From: Octopus sinensis
Lineage: Eukaryota
Length of the DNA stretch: 64,000 nt
Direction: 5' to 3'
Assembly: GCF_006345805.1 (NCBI RefSeq)
Contig: NC_043019.1
Location: 17,359,360-17,423,359, forward strand
This document shows positions 38,323 to 50,756 of this stretch, piece by piece. The translations under genes and the position numbers were made by a program. The first letter of the stretch is position 1. Every line of letters starts with the position of its first letter. The notes below the pieces were generated by a model. The model was given only the letters and a program-made list of their open reading frames with translations, searched no databases and was not told where the DNA came from.

Positions 38323-39034
38323 TATATATAATATATATATATATATATATTATATATATAGATATAGGAATTTTAACTCTGCTCATACCATTTTGCTTAG
38401 CACCAGTACCATATGATTCTTTGATTCAAAAACCTTCAGTTTGAAAATGCTCATTCTAAATTTTAAACTTATTTTCATTTTCTAAAAGAAAATTAAATTT
38501 TCCAAACACCAGCTTAAAGTAACCCAATATAGTTCACAGTTGTGTGCTTTCAGTCAATGCAAGAAGTATATTCTTAGCCTTATTACAAATAGAAAAGTTG
38601 GAGTTGGTGCTACCATAAATTGATGTGTTACAGTCACTTTTACTTAGCAATGCCTTAGCCTTGGTTTTAAGTATCTGATACAAAAATGCTTCACACACAC
38701 ACATTGTACTATTTATTATGTAAGCTTGTTTGTATCTAGTCACATGCTTGTTAAAAATAGTCTTCAGCTGCTACTAGCAGTATCAGTTTAAAAGGGAGTG
38801 GGTGAGTGAATCCTGATGAATTTTATAGTAACAATGAAATTGGTCTCTTTATATCTCATTCCAAGTTGCTTGAAAGGTTTTCATGGGCTTAATTCTATTA
38901 GAAAACTAAATATATTTAGATATGCTTGTACATACTTACATGTCTCTGGGTACATGTGTGCGCGCGCACACATACACACACAATGCCTCCAGGAAGGCCA
39001 GAAAAAGCTCCTTAATGATATTTTGAAGGTAACA

Positions 39035-39245
39035 TCACTCTGACCAGATACATTTCTGCTCTCCAGGAATATAAAAACAATTATCACAGTGTCCTGGTAG
39101 GACAGACTCAAGCTTTCCCATCAGGTAAAGAAAACCAAATATCAGGACTTGGTTGACAAAGCCCTTGTCAAGGATGGTTACAGCTTCACTTCCCATTGAA
39201 ATTAGCAGCCACAGCTTTCCAGGTAGACTGGTGTGCTATTTGAGC
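39035..39245 (+). mobile_element. HERO-like RLE-domain remnant
   Basis: PDTFLLSRNIKTIITVSW*DRLKLSHQVKKTKYQDLV...LPIEISSHSFP matches the PD...ELTVPWE...K..KYQDL...PIEVG pattern; overlaps in protein coordinates with 8520-8745. Confidence 0.6.
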
Positions 39246-40486
39246 TAAAACAGGCTCAAGGTGGTGATGGTTGATAGGAGATTGCAAGTGGATCCCTTCC
39301 ACAGGTGAAGATTAGTTCAATGTTCATTGTCCCTCTCAAGCAAACAATACAGGCTAAGGGACAAACACTTTTGACCCTAAGATACCTGCTGATGATATGG
39401 GAAAGTTTCCAGCATTGCAATAGATTTAGAAGAGCTTGCAAAACCTCTGAGTAGCTCCTGTGGTTTCTGTGTAGGGCAAAACACCTAAAAGTCTTCTGCA
39501 TCAGCCGTGTTACATGGGAGCAGATAGGACAGAGGTAAGCGGTAATCAGTTGTCTGCAAAGGCATGCAGACTTATGAAACCAACAGAGTAGCAGCCACTG
39601 AGCAACGTAAACAGCCCAGGAAGACCAGCACAGTCAAGTCATCAAATACCTATTTCTTTTATAGCGGTATGGCTACCAAGTCTCTCTTATGTTATGTATT
39701 ATAGCGTATATTTTCTAGTTAGTTTGTTTACAGTTAATGCAGCGCTACTTATGTTTCCTATTTGGAAATAGATAAAATTATTTAGCTTTTAAAGTAGGGA
39801 TATATAATGATAAAACCGTCCCTTATAACTTAAGTGTTATCATTATATGCAAATCCTAACTACAGCTATATAAACGTCATAGAGAAATATACTTTCTGGA
39901 ATGCTAACGAACATTAGCGGGCATGTATGTTAAATATATTTTCGTGTTCTTTTAACCGCTATAAAAAAATACAATTTAATAATTACAGAAATACATTTTA
40001 TATATAGTTGAAGAACGTGAAGAAAGAGAAAACATTTTCTTAATTATTTTTTATTATATACATATAGCATTTTTATATTATATACATTTTGAAGAAAAGT
40101 AAATTTTGTCGTAGAGAATTACGACTATATATTTTAACTGTCTAATTTCTCATTCTAGCTAATATTAAATCTCAGCAATTCAAACAAGACTTGTTAGATT
40201 TTCACCAATGTCTCAAAGGAGTGAGTGTCATGGAGTTTAGTTACATCCAACAAACATTGAAGTTTTTCCCAAAATCCAGGGTTTTTATAACTGCTCAACT
40301 TGACTTTAAAGAATCGAAATTACATACAAATATTCTTTAACTAATTCTTAGAATTCCTATATGAGCAGTTATATTAACCAATGGGAAAATGACAATCATA
40401 TTTCTTTGGCAATACGACATTACGTCATATTGCCAGCTACCACAAATTGGCGCACTTATCTAAAAATGGCTACTTGTTACATACAC

Positions 40487-40712
40487 TTTATTGCCCACAA
40501 GGGGCTAAACACAGAGGGGACAAACAAGGACAGACAAACGGATTAAGTCAATTACATCAACTCCAGTGCGTAACTGGTACTTATTTAATCAACCCTGAAA
40601 GGATGAAAAGCAAAGTCGACCTCGGCAGAATTTGAACTCAGAACGTAGCGGCAGACGAAATACCGTTAAGCATTTCGCCCGACGTGCTAACGATTCTGCC
40701 AGCTCGCCGCCT
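40487..40712 (-). mobile_element. SINE family C (Nin-domain-like), young full-length copy
   Basis: AAGGCGGCGAGCTGGCAGAATCG head, GAGTTCAAATTC B box, GCCGAGGTCGACTTTGCTTTTCATCCTTTCAGGG Nin-like segment, GCCCCTTGTGGGCAATAAAG tail. Confidence 0.9.
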
Positions 40713-40865
40713 TGAAGTCCTCAAATACCACCACCATTCCCTATTGACGTTGCGAGAGAACATGCCAGGTGCAGGTTGGCTTGACCAATCACCAACATAC
40801 CCACGTAGCCCAATCTTAATCCCAGGAGCACTAGATGATCCTTGTTGTTCTGACCTATGAACACC

Positions 40866-41112
40866 ATGGTGGCATGTAAAAAGCACCATCCGATCGCGGT
40901 CGTCTGCCAGCCTCGCCTGGCATCTGTGCAGGTGGCACATAAAAAGCACCCACTACACTCATGGAGTGGTTGGCGTTAGAAAGGGCATCCAGCTGTAGAA
41001 ACACTGCCAGATCAGACTGGGCCTTGTGCAGCCTTCTGGCTTCCCAGACCCCAGTTGAACCGTCCAACCCATGCCAGCATGGAAAGCGGACGTTAAATGA
41101 TGATGATGATGA
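40866..41112 (+). mobile_element. RTE LINE 3'UTR fragment (one ~61-bp unit plus tail)
   Basis: Matches 26048-26283; ends CGGACGTTAAATGATGATGATGATGA. Confidence 0.88.
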
Positions 41113-42353
41113 ATGACCATTTTACAGAATTAATTCCATTTCAATTCTGTATGAATCTGTTCACAACTAGCCTTGTTAGTAAATAAGGAATATAACACAC
41201 TCTTCTTCCTCAAGTGTTGAATACTTTGTGTATCTATAAGTCTAGTTCTCACCAACACAGAAAATATGCACACAGTATACTATGTTTATAGCCTTTTCTC
41301 TTCTAAAGTAGTTAACTGCATATGCTCTATTCACGGACCCACCCATCTCTTACAAAACAAACAAATAAAAATCATAATAAATCTAAAATCACTATAATCA
41401 TACAAAACATTTATGATAAATAGTAAATTTTTTTTATATATGTATGTTAGCTCACTTGAGAAAATTTAAGTAGAAAATATGTGGATAATATGTTAAAAAT
41501 GAAGCTAGTAAAATCTACATGGTAATGTTACCATCTTTGTGGTTAATTTTTTTTACATATATTTCCTAGATAAACCAGCTGAATCTACTTAATCGCTTCT
41601 CTCTAAATCCCTTAACTTCCTCTTTTTGAAATCAGTTTTCACTATTTTGTGTCAAAACACTGAGTTCAAATTTCACTGCAGTTGACTTTGCCTTTCATCC
41701 TTTCAAGGTTGATGAAATAAGCCCCGATCAAGTGCTGGTGTCAATGTAATCGACTAGTTTTCATACGCACAATTTCAGCAGGAAAGATTATTTTCTGTAA
41801 AAACGTTGGCTGCATTAATCAATCAAACATCTGGGATGCTGTCAAAACGAATGTCAAAGTCATTTACATTTGTTTTTCCAACTTCCTTTGTTTGTGTGAG
41901 GGTGTGTGTGCGTGTGCTTGAATGAATATGAATACTAATATATATATATGAATAATTGAGTGTATTACATCAGGTGTACCTGGTCTTTTGACAGCAGGTG
42001 CACTCTATTCCTATAAGAGGTAACTGAGTCGGAATGGCATCTGGTTATAAAACACTACCTTTCAAAATCATGTATAACCAGCACCAACATAGAAAAGTTT
42101 GTATAAAATCAATTTTACATACACACACACACACATCACCATCATCAGCATCATATGTCTGCTTTCTATGCTGTCATGGGTTGGATAGTTTGACATGGAA
42201 CCGGCCAGCTGGGAGCTGTCCAGACTCCAGTTGTCTGTTGTGGCATGGTTTCTACAGCTGTATGCCCTTCCTAATGTCAAGTGCGTTGGGTGCTTTTTAC
42301 ATACCAATACATATAGGTTTGGTGATACTAACAAAAAACTCAAAACCTGAGTG

Positions 42354-42573
42354 TACTCTTTACTCTCTTTTACTCTTTTACTTGTTTCAGTCATTTGACT
42401 GCGGCCATGCCGGAGCACCGCCTTTAATCGAGCAACTCTACCCTGGGACTTATTCTTTGTAAGACCAGTACTTATTCTATCGGTCTCTTTTGCCGAACCG
42501 CTAGGTAACGGGGACATAAACACACCAGCATCGGTTGTCAAGCAATGCTAGGGGGACAAACACAGACACACAA

Positions 42574-42610
<37 letters not shown>

Positions 42611-42762
42611 CGACGGGCTTCTTTCAGTTTCCATCTACCAAATCCACTCACAAGGCTTTGGTCGGCCCTAGGCTATAGTAGAAGACACATGCCCGAGGTG
42701 CCACGCAGTGGGACTGAACCCGGAACCATGTGGTTGGTAAACAAGCTACTTACCACACAGCC
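42354..42762 (-). mobile_element. SINE family A, young copy
   Basis: Full body, CpG-rich, (TTTTACTC)n tail on the plus strand. Confidence 0.93.
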
Positions 42763-43024
42763 TTTATTAATAATCGACAGAAGTTACTAAGTGACCCCAG
42801 GGCTGAGAGTTTTGTGTGTTGCCCTTTATCAAACTGGTTTCAAATCTGGGATGTTGTATTTATTATGCCAGGGATGATGATATTTCCCTAGAATTATAAA
42901 AAAATGGTTGCAATGTCACATGGATAATGCATTTTTTTCAAATGGTTTGCCTGTTATTCAGGTCAAAATGAGTGAATGGATAAATGAACAAATAACGTAA
43001 AATTAAAAATATGTAAGCATGCAT

Positions 43025-43428
43025 AGGCGCAGGAGTGGCTGTGTGGAAAGTAGCTTGCTTACCAACCACATGGTTCCGGGTTCAGTCCCACTGCGTAGCA
43101 TCTTGGGCAAGTGTCTTCTGCTATAGCCCCGGGCCGACCAATGCCTTGTGAATGGATTTGGTAGACGGAAACTGTAAGAAGCCTGTCGTATATAAGTATA
43201 TATGTGCGTGTGTGTTTGTGTGTCTGTGTTTGTCCCCCTAGCATTGCTTGACAACTGATGCTGATGTGTTTATGTCCCTGTCACTTAGCGGTTCGGCAAA
43301 AGAGACCGATAGAATAAGTACTAGGCCTTACAAAGAATAAGTCCTGGGTGTCGATTTGTTCGACTAAAGGCGGTGCTCCAGCATGGCCGCAGTGAAATGA
43401 CTGAAAGAAGTAAAAGAGTAAAAGAGAG
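43025..43428 (+). mobile_element. SINE family A, young copy
   Basis: Full head, body and tail. Confidence 0.93.
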
Positions 43429-43550
43429 TATACATATGCACATAAATGAGTACTAGTATTCATGCAGACACGTGCGTACATGCACACATACATACACACA
43501 CCATTCCTGTATAACCCTGTATACAATTGTATGTAAGATACTTGATGTAG

Positions 43551-43930
43551 AGGCGCAGGAGTGGCTGTGTGGTAAGTAGCTTGCTTACCAACCACATGGT
43601 TCCGGGTTCAGTCCCACTGCATGGCACCTTGGGCAAGTGTCTTCTACTCTAGCCTTATGCTGAACAAAGCCTTGTGAGTGGATTTGGTAGACGGAAACTG
43701 AAAGAAGCCCATTGTATATATGTACGTGTTTGTGTGTCTGTGTTTGTCCCCCCAACATCGCTTGACAACCGATGGTGGTGTGTTTATGTCCCTGTAACTT
43801 AGCGGTTCAGCATAAGAGACCGATAGAATAAGTACTAGGCTTACAAAGAATAAGTCCTGGGATTGATTTACTGGACTAAAAGCAGTGCTCCAGCATGGCC
43901 GCAGTCAAAGGACTGAAAGAAGTAAAAGAG
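43551..43930 (+). mobile_element. SINE family A
   Basis: Full head, body and tail. Confidence 0.92.
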
Positions 43931-44232
43931 TATACTTATACATTTGCACATGTATATATAAGTGCAGGTATTTAGAATAATACACACTTTAGGCTATATA
44001 AGTGCCTAAATGTATGCAGGTACACATTTCTACAGAAATACATTCACCTATGCACATGTAAAAGTGTGTATTGAAGTTAAATATAGGATTGAAATTAATA
44101 TTGAAAATTTATCGATTATGACATAAAACATGACTAAGGCTCAAATGATATAAAATAAATAGATAAATAAATAAATAAGATATAATGACAAATAAAAGAA
44201 GCAAATAAGATATAATAATAAAAAATATAATG

Positions 44233-44422
44233 ATAAACGGCACCCTTTTCAAGCCTAGCCAGGCTCATGGGCCCGGTTTCCCAGTTTCTGTGGCATATGT
44301 TTTCCTTCCAGCTGGACGGATGCCAGTCTGTCGCAGGTGCCCAAGGTGCCACTCAGTGGAACTGAACACAGGACCATGTGGTTACGAAGCAAGCTTCTTA
44401 CCACACAACCACTCCTGCGCCT
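44233..44422 (-). mobile_element. Chimeric SINE: family A head joined to family B2 tail
   Basis: 44338-44422 matches the A head; 44233-44337 matches the B2 tail at 17102-17200. Confidence 0.75.
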
Positions 44423-45689
44423 AAGTATGTGCATATATTTTATTGAAAAGTGTAAACATAATGGCCCATACCTTCGCAATGTAAAAAACACTTGTGCTGG
44501 CATCACGTAAAACAGACTCATGCTGGTACCACATAAAAGGCACTTTTGTCAGCACTATGTCAAAGCACCTGTGCTAGTGTTACATAAAAGGCACCCAACA
44601 TACTCTGTATAGTGGTTGGCATTAGGAAGGGCATCCAGCCATAAAAATCATGTCAAAACAGATAAACTGACCCTGGGCAGCTCTCTGGTTGGCCAGCTCC
44701 TGTCAAACCGTTTAACCCATGTCAGCATGGAAAGCAGGTGTTAAATGATGAGGATGTGTAAACATCTAGAAAATCAATAACACAGAATATTTGAAAAAAA
44801 ACGAAACAAACAAAACACTACTTTGTGGCATCTGTTTTGCCTGAGTTGCACAGACATTCTCTTGCCACATGTGCCCTCATGAATGCAGTGCACTAGAGAT
44901 TGGCTCACTGGAACCTGGAACCAATGGCACTGCTGATCACAAAATGCAATGTAAAATATAAATAGGACTAAATTAGATCATGCATTTGCTGTTTTTATTG
45001 GTTTCTCCTTGAGTTGTTTTTTGGTTTTCATTTACATTCTCTTTGTAAGAACTACATGTGCATGTATGCCTTTGAAACCATATTGCTGTCTTTCTTTTTT
45101 TTTTTCTTTTATTTATTTATGTATTTTACCATTTTATGGAGATTTCTGAGCCAGTTGCTATTGTCCCTCATCTAATCAGGCAACAAGACAATAAGAAAAA
45201 AATAAATAAAGAAGAACTCCCAGAAAGCTGACAGAAGTCTTTTAACTGAAACTTTATTATTGACAATACCTTTAGAAAACCAGAGAACCATAATCAATAA
45301 ATATGCCATATGGTTTTTTTTTGTTTGTTTTTGAGTCAAACAACTGATGCTTTTGAATAGATATTCTCTGGATTGAATGCTTAGTATTAAAGTATGGCAC
45401 GCATCACTAGTGTTTTGAACTCATTCACCTCAAAAGGATGGATATGTCTGGAAAACACACTATGTCTCACTTTGGTAGCTTTGACCTTCAAGAAATGGCA
45501 ACCAAATCTCTCAACATTTCCCTATAGCTTCTCAAAATAAAGAAAGAGATGTTCTCTGTATTTATATATTAAGTGTAATAGTTAAAATAAAATAGGATGG
45601 GTAAAAAATTCAGAGAGCTTTTACCTCTGGTAACCAAAGGTCTCTCTTTCTCTCTCTCTCTCTCTTTGAGTGAAAGGAAGATTGTATGG

Positions 45690-46025
45690 TGCATGTATAT
45701 GAACAGCAATTCTACATGGTAGTGAGATGTGGGCCCTGAATGTAGGGGATATGTGAAGGCTTAGAAAGTAATGAAGCTAGTATGCTTTGTTGGATGTGTG
45801 ATGCAAGTGTAATGTATGGCAGAGTGCTAGTGAGAAGTTAGGCATAAGAGGAATTGGATGCAGTGTGCAAGAGAGAAGACTGTGCTGGTTTGGTCATGTG
45901 ATGCGGATGGATGAGGACAGCTTCATAAAGAAGCGCTAATCACTCAAAGTTGATGGAACTTGTGGAAGAGGGAGACTCAGGAAGACATGGAACAGAGTAC
46001 TGAAGGTCAATCTATCTCAAGACAC
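45690..46025 (+). mobile_element. RTE LINE ORF2 C-terminal remnant
   Basis: GSEMWALNV...QERRLCWFGHVMRMDEDS...GRGRLRKTW. Confidence 0.8.
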
Positions 46026-47257
46026 TGTAAAAAAAAAAAGAATTATGTCTGTAAAGGGAAAGAGATGACATGGCCATGGCTGGAATGTCTTTGATCATAA
46101 GTTTGAGCTTAACAAACTCCACGTTTTTGTTTTAAATGCAGTCCAATTGCAAACCTGACACAACTATAATAATGTACCTGGATATATATATATCAGGATT
46201 CTGACAGGGTAGAAAGTCAGAGTACTCAACTCCTGGCTATCTACACTCTTGAATTGGAGTCTTGAGGAAGATTGAAAGTCCATTGGTGGGTCTTATGGAG
46301 TGTAATATATAATCCAAAGAAGAAGATGAGAGAGTTTAGCACATTTTTATTGCTAGTTACATTTGTTTCAGTAACACTCTCTTTTTAACACCATTGCATG
46401 TAAATGGTTTCGTGTGGAAAGTTACTTAATATTTGCCGTTGATTTCATTTGAGTGGCATTTCATCAGAGTTGCATCAAAAAGTACTCCTTATGCTGTGTG
46501 ACAGTCAAGTATTGTATGTTGCTTATATAAGAGGGAACAATAAATATAAAAAAATTAAATTAAAAAATAAAAAATGGCGTAATAGCTCACTAGACCCAGA
46601 CTATGAAAATACTAAACATTGGATTTAGCTGTCACATGTAAAAGTTTTGAAATATGAGAACTGTTTTTAAATGTACTAAAAAAGCAGAACACGAAGGAAA
46701 TTATTATTTTGCTGTTGCATAGTATTGATGTTGTAACCAGTTTTAGTTATATTTTCTGTTGGACCACAACCCATGGGCTTTAATGAAGAGCATGTTTTCC
46801 TTCTTTCTGGAATAGTCCTGTTATGATGGCCATATCTGTCCCTACCTTGTATCAACAACTTTCTGAATAATACTTACTAAATCTGATAAACAGATTTTCT
46901 GAACCCAATCTACTCCCAGCATTCCAAGGCTTGTTCCCAAATTTTTCATCACAATGCCCTAGACACCTATGATAATCCGGCAGGATCCTGACCTTAGCTT
47001 CTTTATTTCTAGCATTTGAGAATTTTTATCCTTCAAGTTAGTATAATACATTACTGTTTCTTTTCCCTTTTTCCTTGACTCTGGTATCTAATGATTTTGT
47101 TATTTTATAATTGTTCCAAACTATTAGCCTGACATCCCTAAAGATGGATAATTTAAAAGAATTCTTACTCTTCCCTATAGTTCTAACTTTTGTTATCTGT
47201 ACTAGCTTATTGTATTTCCTGATAACGTATCTTCTTTCACTGTTAACTGGAAAGTGT

Positions 47258-47303
<46 letters not shown>

Positions 47304-47489
47304 TTAATTTAAACCAAATTTCTCAAAGAACACAAGTAAATAGCGCTTTACAAGTTAATCAACAAGGAAGTCTCTATTTCACTATTTGACTTAGAAAGAA
47401 AAACCAAATCTCCCTCAAATGCCATGCTACTATCTCCCCACCCCATCCACCCTACGTCAATAATATTGGTTATGGTAGTTCTAGAGATG

Positions 47490-47634
47490 CTAGGTGTGGC
47501 TGTGTGGTAAGAAGTTTGTTTCCCAACCACGTGGTTCTGAGTTCAGTCCCACCTTGGGCAAGTGTCTTCTGCTATTGTCTTGGACTGATTAAAGCCTTGT
47601 GAGTGGATTTTGTAAACAGAAACTGAAAGAAGCC

Positions 47635-47678
<44 letters not shown>

Positions 47679-48115
47679 TACAGAAAACAAAAGATGAAGA
47701 CCGAGGAAGGAACAACAAGCAGGTGTATTAGTTTGATGCTTGGGAAGAATGGACAAGTCGTTGATGTTTTGAGCCTATGCTCTTCGACAGAAAGGATTGA
47801 GAGAAGAAAAAAAGGAGAAAGAATGAAAAAAAAACGAACGAGAAAAAATGTTGCAGGGATTAACAGTTCAACATGTAATGGTCCGGAAGAAAAAGATGTG
47901 TGTGTGTGTGTGTGTGTGTTTAGCATTTGTCCTCCATCACTGCTTGACATCTGGTGTTGTGTTTACATCCCCATAACTTAGGAGTTTAGCAAAAGAGACC
48001 AATAGAATAAGTACCAGGCTTAAACGAAAAATTAAGTCCTGGAGTTGATTCACTTGACTAAAATCTTCAAGGCAGTGCTGCCCCAGCATGGCCGCAGTCT
48101 AACGAATGAAGCAAG
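47490..48115 (+). mobile_element. SINE family A with a ~225-bp element inserted in its central microsatellite
   Basis: 5' half ends in (TA)n at ~47672; 3' half resumes after (GT)n at ~47897. Confidence 0.85.
47673..47896 (-). mobile_element. Second copy of the 38119-38322 element family, hammerhead-like motif decayed
   Basis: Minus strand CCTTT CTGTCGA A GAGC ATAG GCTC AAAA CATC at 47762-47795. Confidence 0.6.
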
Positions 48116-49104
48116 CTATGCTATTCTTTGAATGCTTTTGATTGTAAGTTTGCTTGATTGTGGATGACCTGGGGTTTCACAATAAAGGGCATCAGTTACC
48201 CAACAAATTCTTCATTCTTCTTCTTACAGCATCCACCCAGGGTGGGTTGAGCTGGCTTCATTCATCCTCAATGCTGCATCTCTCACAAACGCCGCCAGGC
48301 CTGGCGATTTGAGGCTAACAACCGCGTGATCTCCAACCACTCCTTATTCCAGATATGGGGGCCTAGGTTGGGTTTCACTATCAGTCATCAGTTTGGTTTT
48401 GTTACCAAACTTTTCACATATATTATCACTGACATTGAGTCAACATCAGAGCCCTCTTGGCAGCTATATCTCCCTCAAATCATACCCTAATACTGTGGAA
48501 AAAACCCCCCAAAAACATATTAGAGTATGTGGTCCTATATACATTGTCTAAAAAAAACAGGATGGTCATGGGTGGAGCACCTTTTGATCATAGGTCTGGT
48601 TGAACAGTGCTGGCCTGAATTAACATATTATTATCATAAATTTTACAATCAACAAAAAAACAAAAATAAAACAACAAAAAAACAATTTTATATACCAGAG
48701 TACATGTGTACACGGTTTGGTATTGATATTTGTTCATGTGAAACACATACTTGAGTTGTATCCCAGTATTGTATTTCTTTGAAAGAGAATTGGCCATTTA
48801 TTAGAAAATATAGTATTCTGGTGAGTCTCATAAAAACAGAATCTTTGTATATTGACATTTTAATTAGAAATTATTTTCCAGTTTTATTTGCTTAGATTTT
48901 GCCTTGACTGATACAACAATAATGGAAATTGTACTACACTCTGTTAGCCTGCTCTCTCTAAAAGTCTGAATCTTGTGATCTCTCTCTGATCCTCCCCAAA
49001 ATAAGCCAGTGACAAGAACCTCAACGATGGTCTCTGGACTTGCTAGAAGTAACTGCCAAATCCACTTCAAATTATACTCTACCATCTTAAAAAAATGAAC
49101 ATAT

Positions 49105-49270
49105 AGGCGTAGGAGTGGCTGTGTGGTAAGTAGCTTGCTTACCAACCACATGGTTCCGGGTTCAGTCCCACTGCATGGCACCTTGGGCAAGTGTCTTCTA
49201 CTATAGCCTCGAGCCGACCAAAGCCTTGTGAGTGGATTTGGTAGACGGAAACTGAAAGAAGCCCGTCGTA

Positions 49271-49338
<68 letters not shown>

Positions 49339-49551
49339 TATGTTTGTGTGTCTGTGTTTGTCCCCCCAACATTGCTTGACAACCGATGCTGGTGTGTTTA
49401 CGTCCCCGTTACTTAGCGGTTTGGCAAAAGAGACCGATAGAATAAGTACTGGGCTTACAAAGAATAAGTCCTGGGGTCGAGTTGCTCGATTAAAGATGGT
49501 GCTCCAGCATGGCCGCAGTCAAATGACTGAAACAAGTAAAAGAGTAAAAGA
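49105..49551 (+). mobile_element. SINE family A, young full-length copy
   Basis: Near-consensus head, (TA)n(TG)n core, (GAGTAAAA)n tail. Confidence 0.95.
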
Positions 49552-50756
49552 ATATTTGGTAATGTAGCCTTGTGTATGTTCTGTCCTAAAATAAATGGAA
49601 AGATCATCACACAGTTTGAATGTCTTTGATTATTGGATTGCTGGGTTAAGGCTGACTCAAGGTTAAACACGAACAAGGAAGAACATATTTGATAAGAGTT
49701 TTAGCTGCACCATAAGTAAGTAAAAGAAAGAAAATGTGATCTTCGATCATAGTTCTATTTCATAAATAGCAGTAACTTTCGCAAATTGTCTCATCCTCTT
49801 TGTTGATGATCTGGGATTAAATGATAACCAGTTACCCAATCATTTCTTACAATGACAAGAAACTACAAATGTTTTAAGAGAAGTCAAATGTGATGCCCCG
49901 GGGTGCACCTACTCCCCACCCCACAACACCTCTGGCCCCTTGATGGTCACATTGCAGCCAATATGAAATGGGAAGGATTCCAGACTGGAATTGAACACTA
50001 ATCACACACTGCTCTGGTAATCACCGTCCGGCTGTCAACCTTGTACCATTATGCAAATGAGTAAGGCGGCGAGCTGGCAGAAACGCTAGCACGCCGGGCA
50101 AAATGCTTAGCCGTATTTCGTCTGCCATTACGTTCTGAGTTCAAAGAATGAAGAATTTTTTAAAAATGCTTATCTTTGTTTCTTTACAGTTTGTCTGGAT
50201 ATTATTTCTCTGTTTATAATGCAATCTCCTCTCTTATCCGTCCCTTAAATGATTTATTTATTTCATGGCTCATCAGGGTTTACTGGGACCAATACCTTTA
50301 ATTTCTGTGTCATTCCTAACTAATGGCACTCCATCAGTTATGATGATGATGATGATGATTCCAGTTAATCTGATCAACAGAACAGCCTATTTGCGAAATT
50401 AACATGCAAGTGGCTGAGCACTCCACAGATATATGTACCCATGATGTAGTTCTCAGGGAGATTCAGCATGGTACAGGTTGGCCTTTTGAAATACTATTTA
50501 TTTTTGCCAGATGAGTGGACTGGAGTAACATGAAATAAAGTGTCTTGCTCAAGGACACAACTCATTGCCAGGAATTGAACTCACAATCTTACAGTCATGA
50601 GCCAAGTACCCTAACCACCTAGCCACATGCCTGATTGGGACTGTAGTTTTGTCTTCTTTCATAATTCTGCTGCTGATCATTAGTAAGTCAACTGGTGGGT
50701 AGAATAGACACAACGAATCACTTGCCAACAGGAGCCAAAAGTTGGATTCTCTATGT

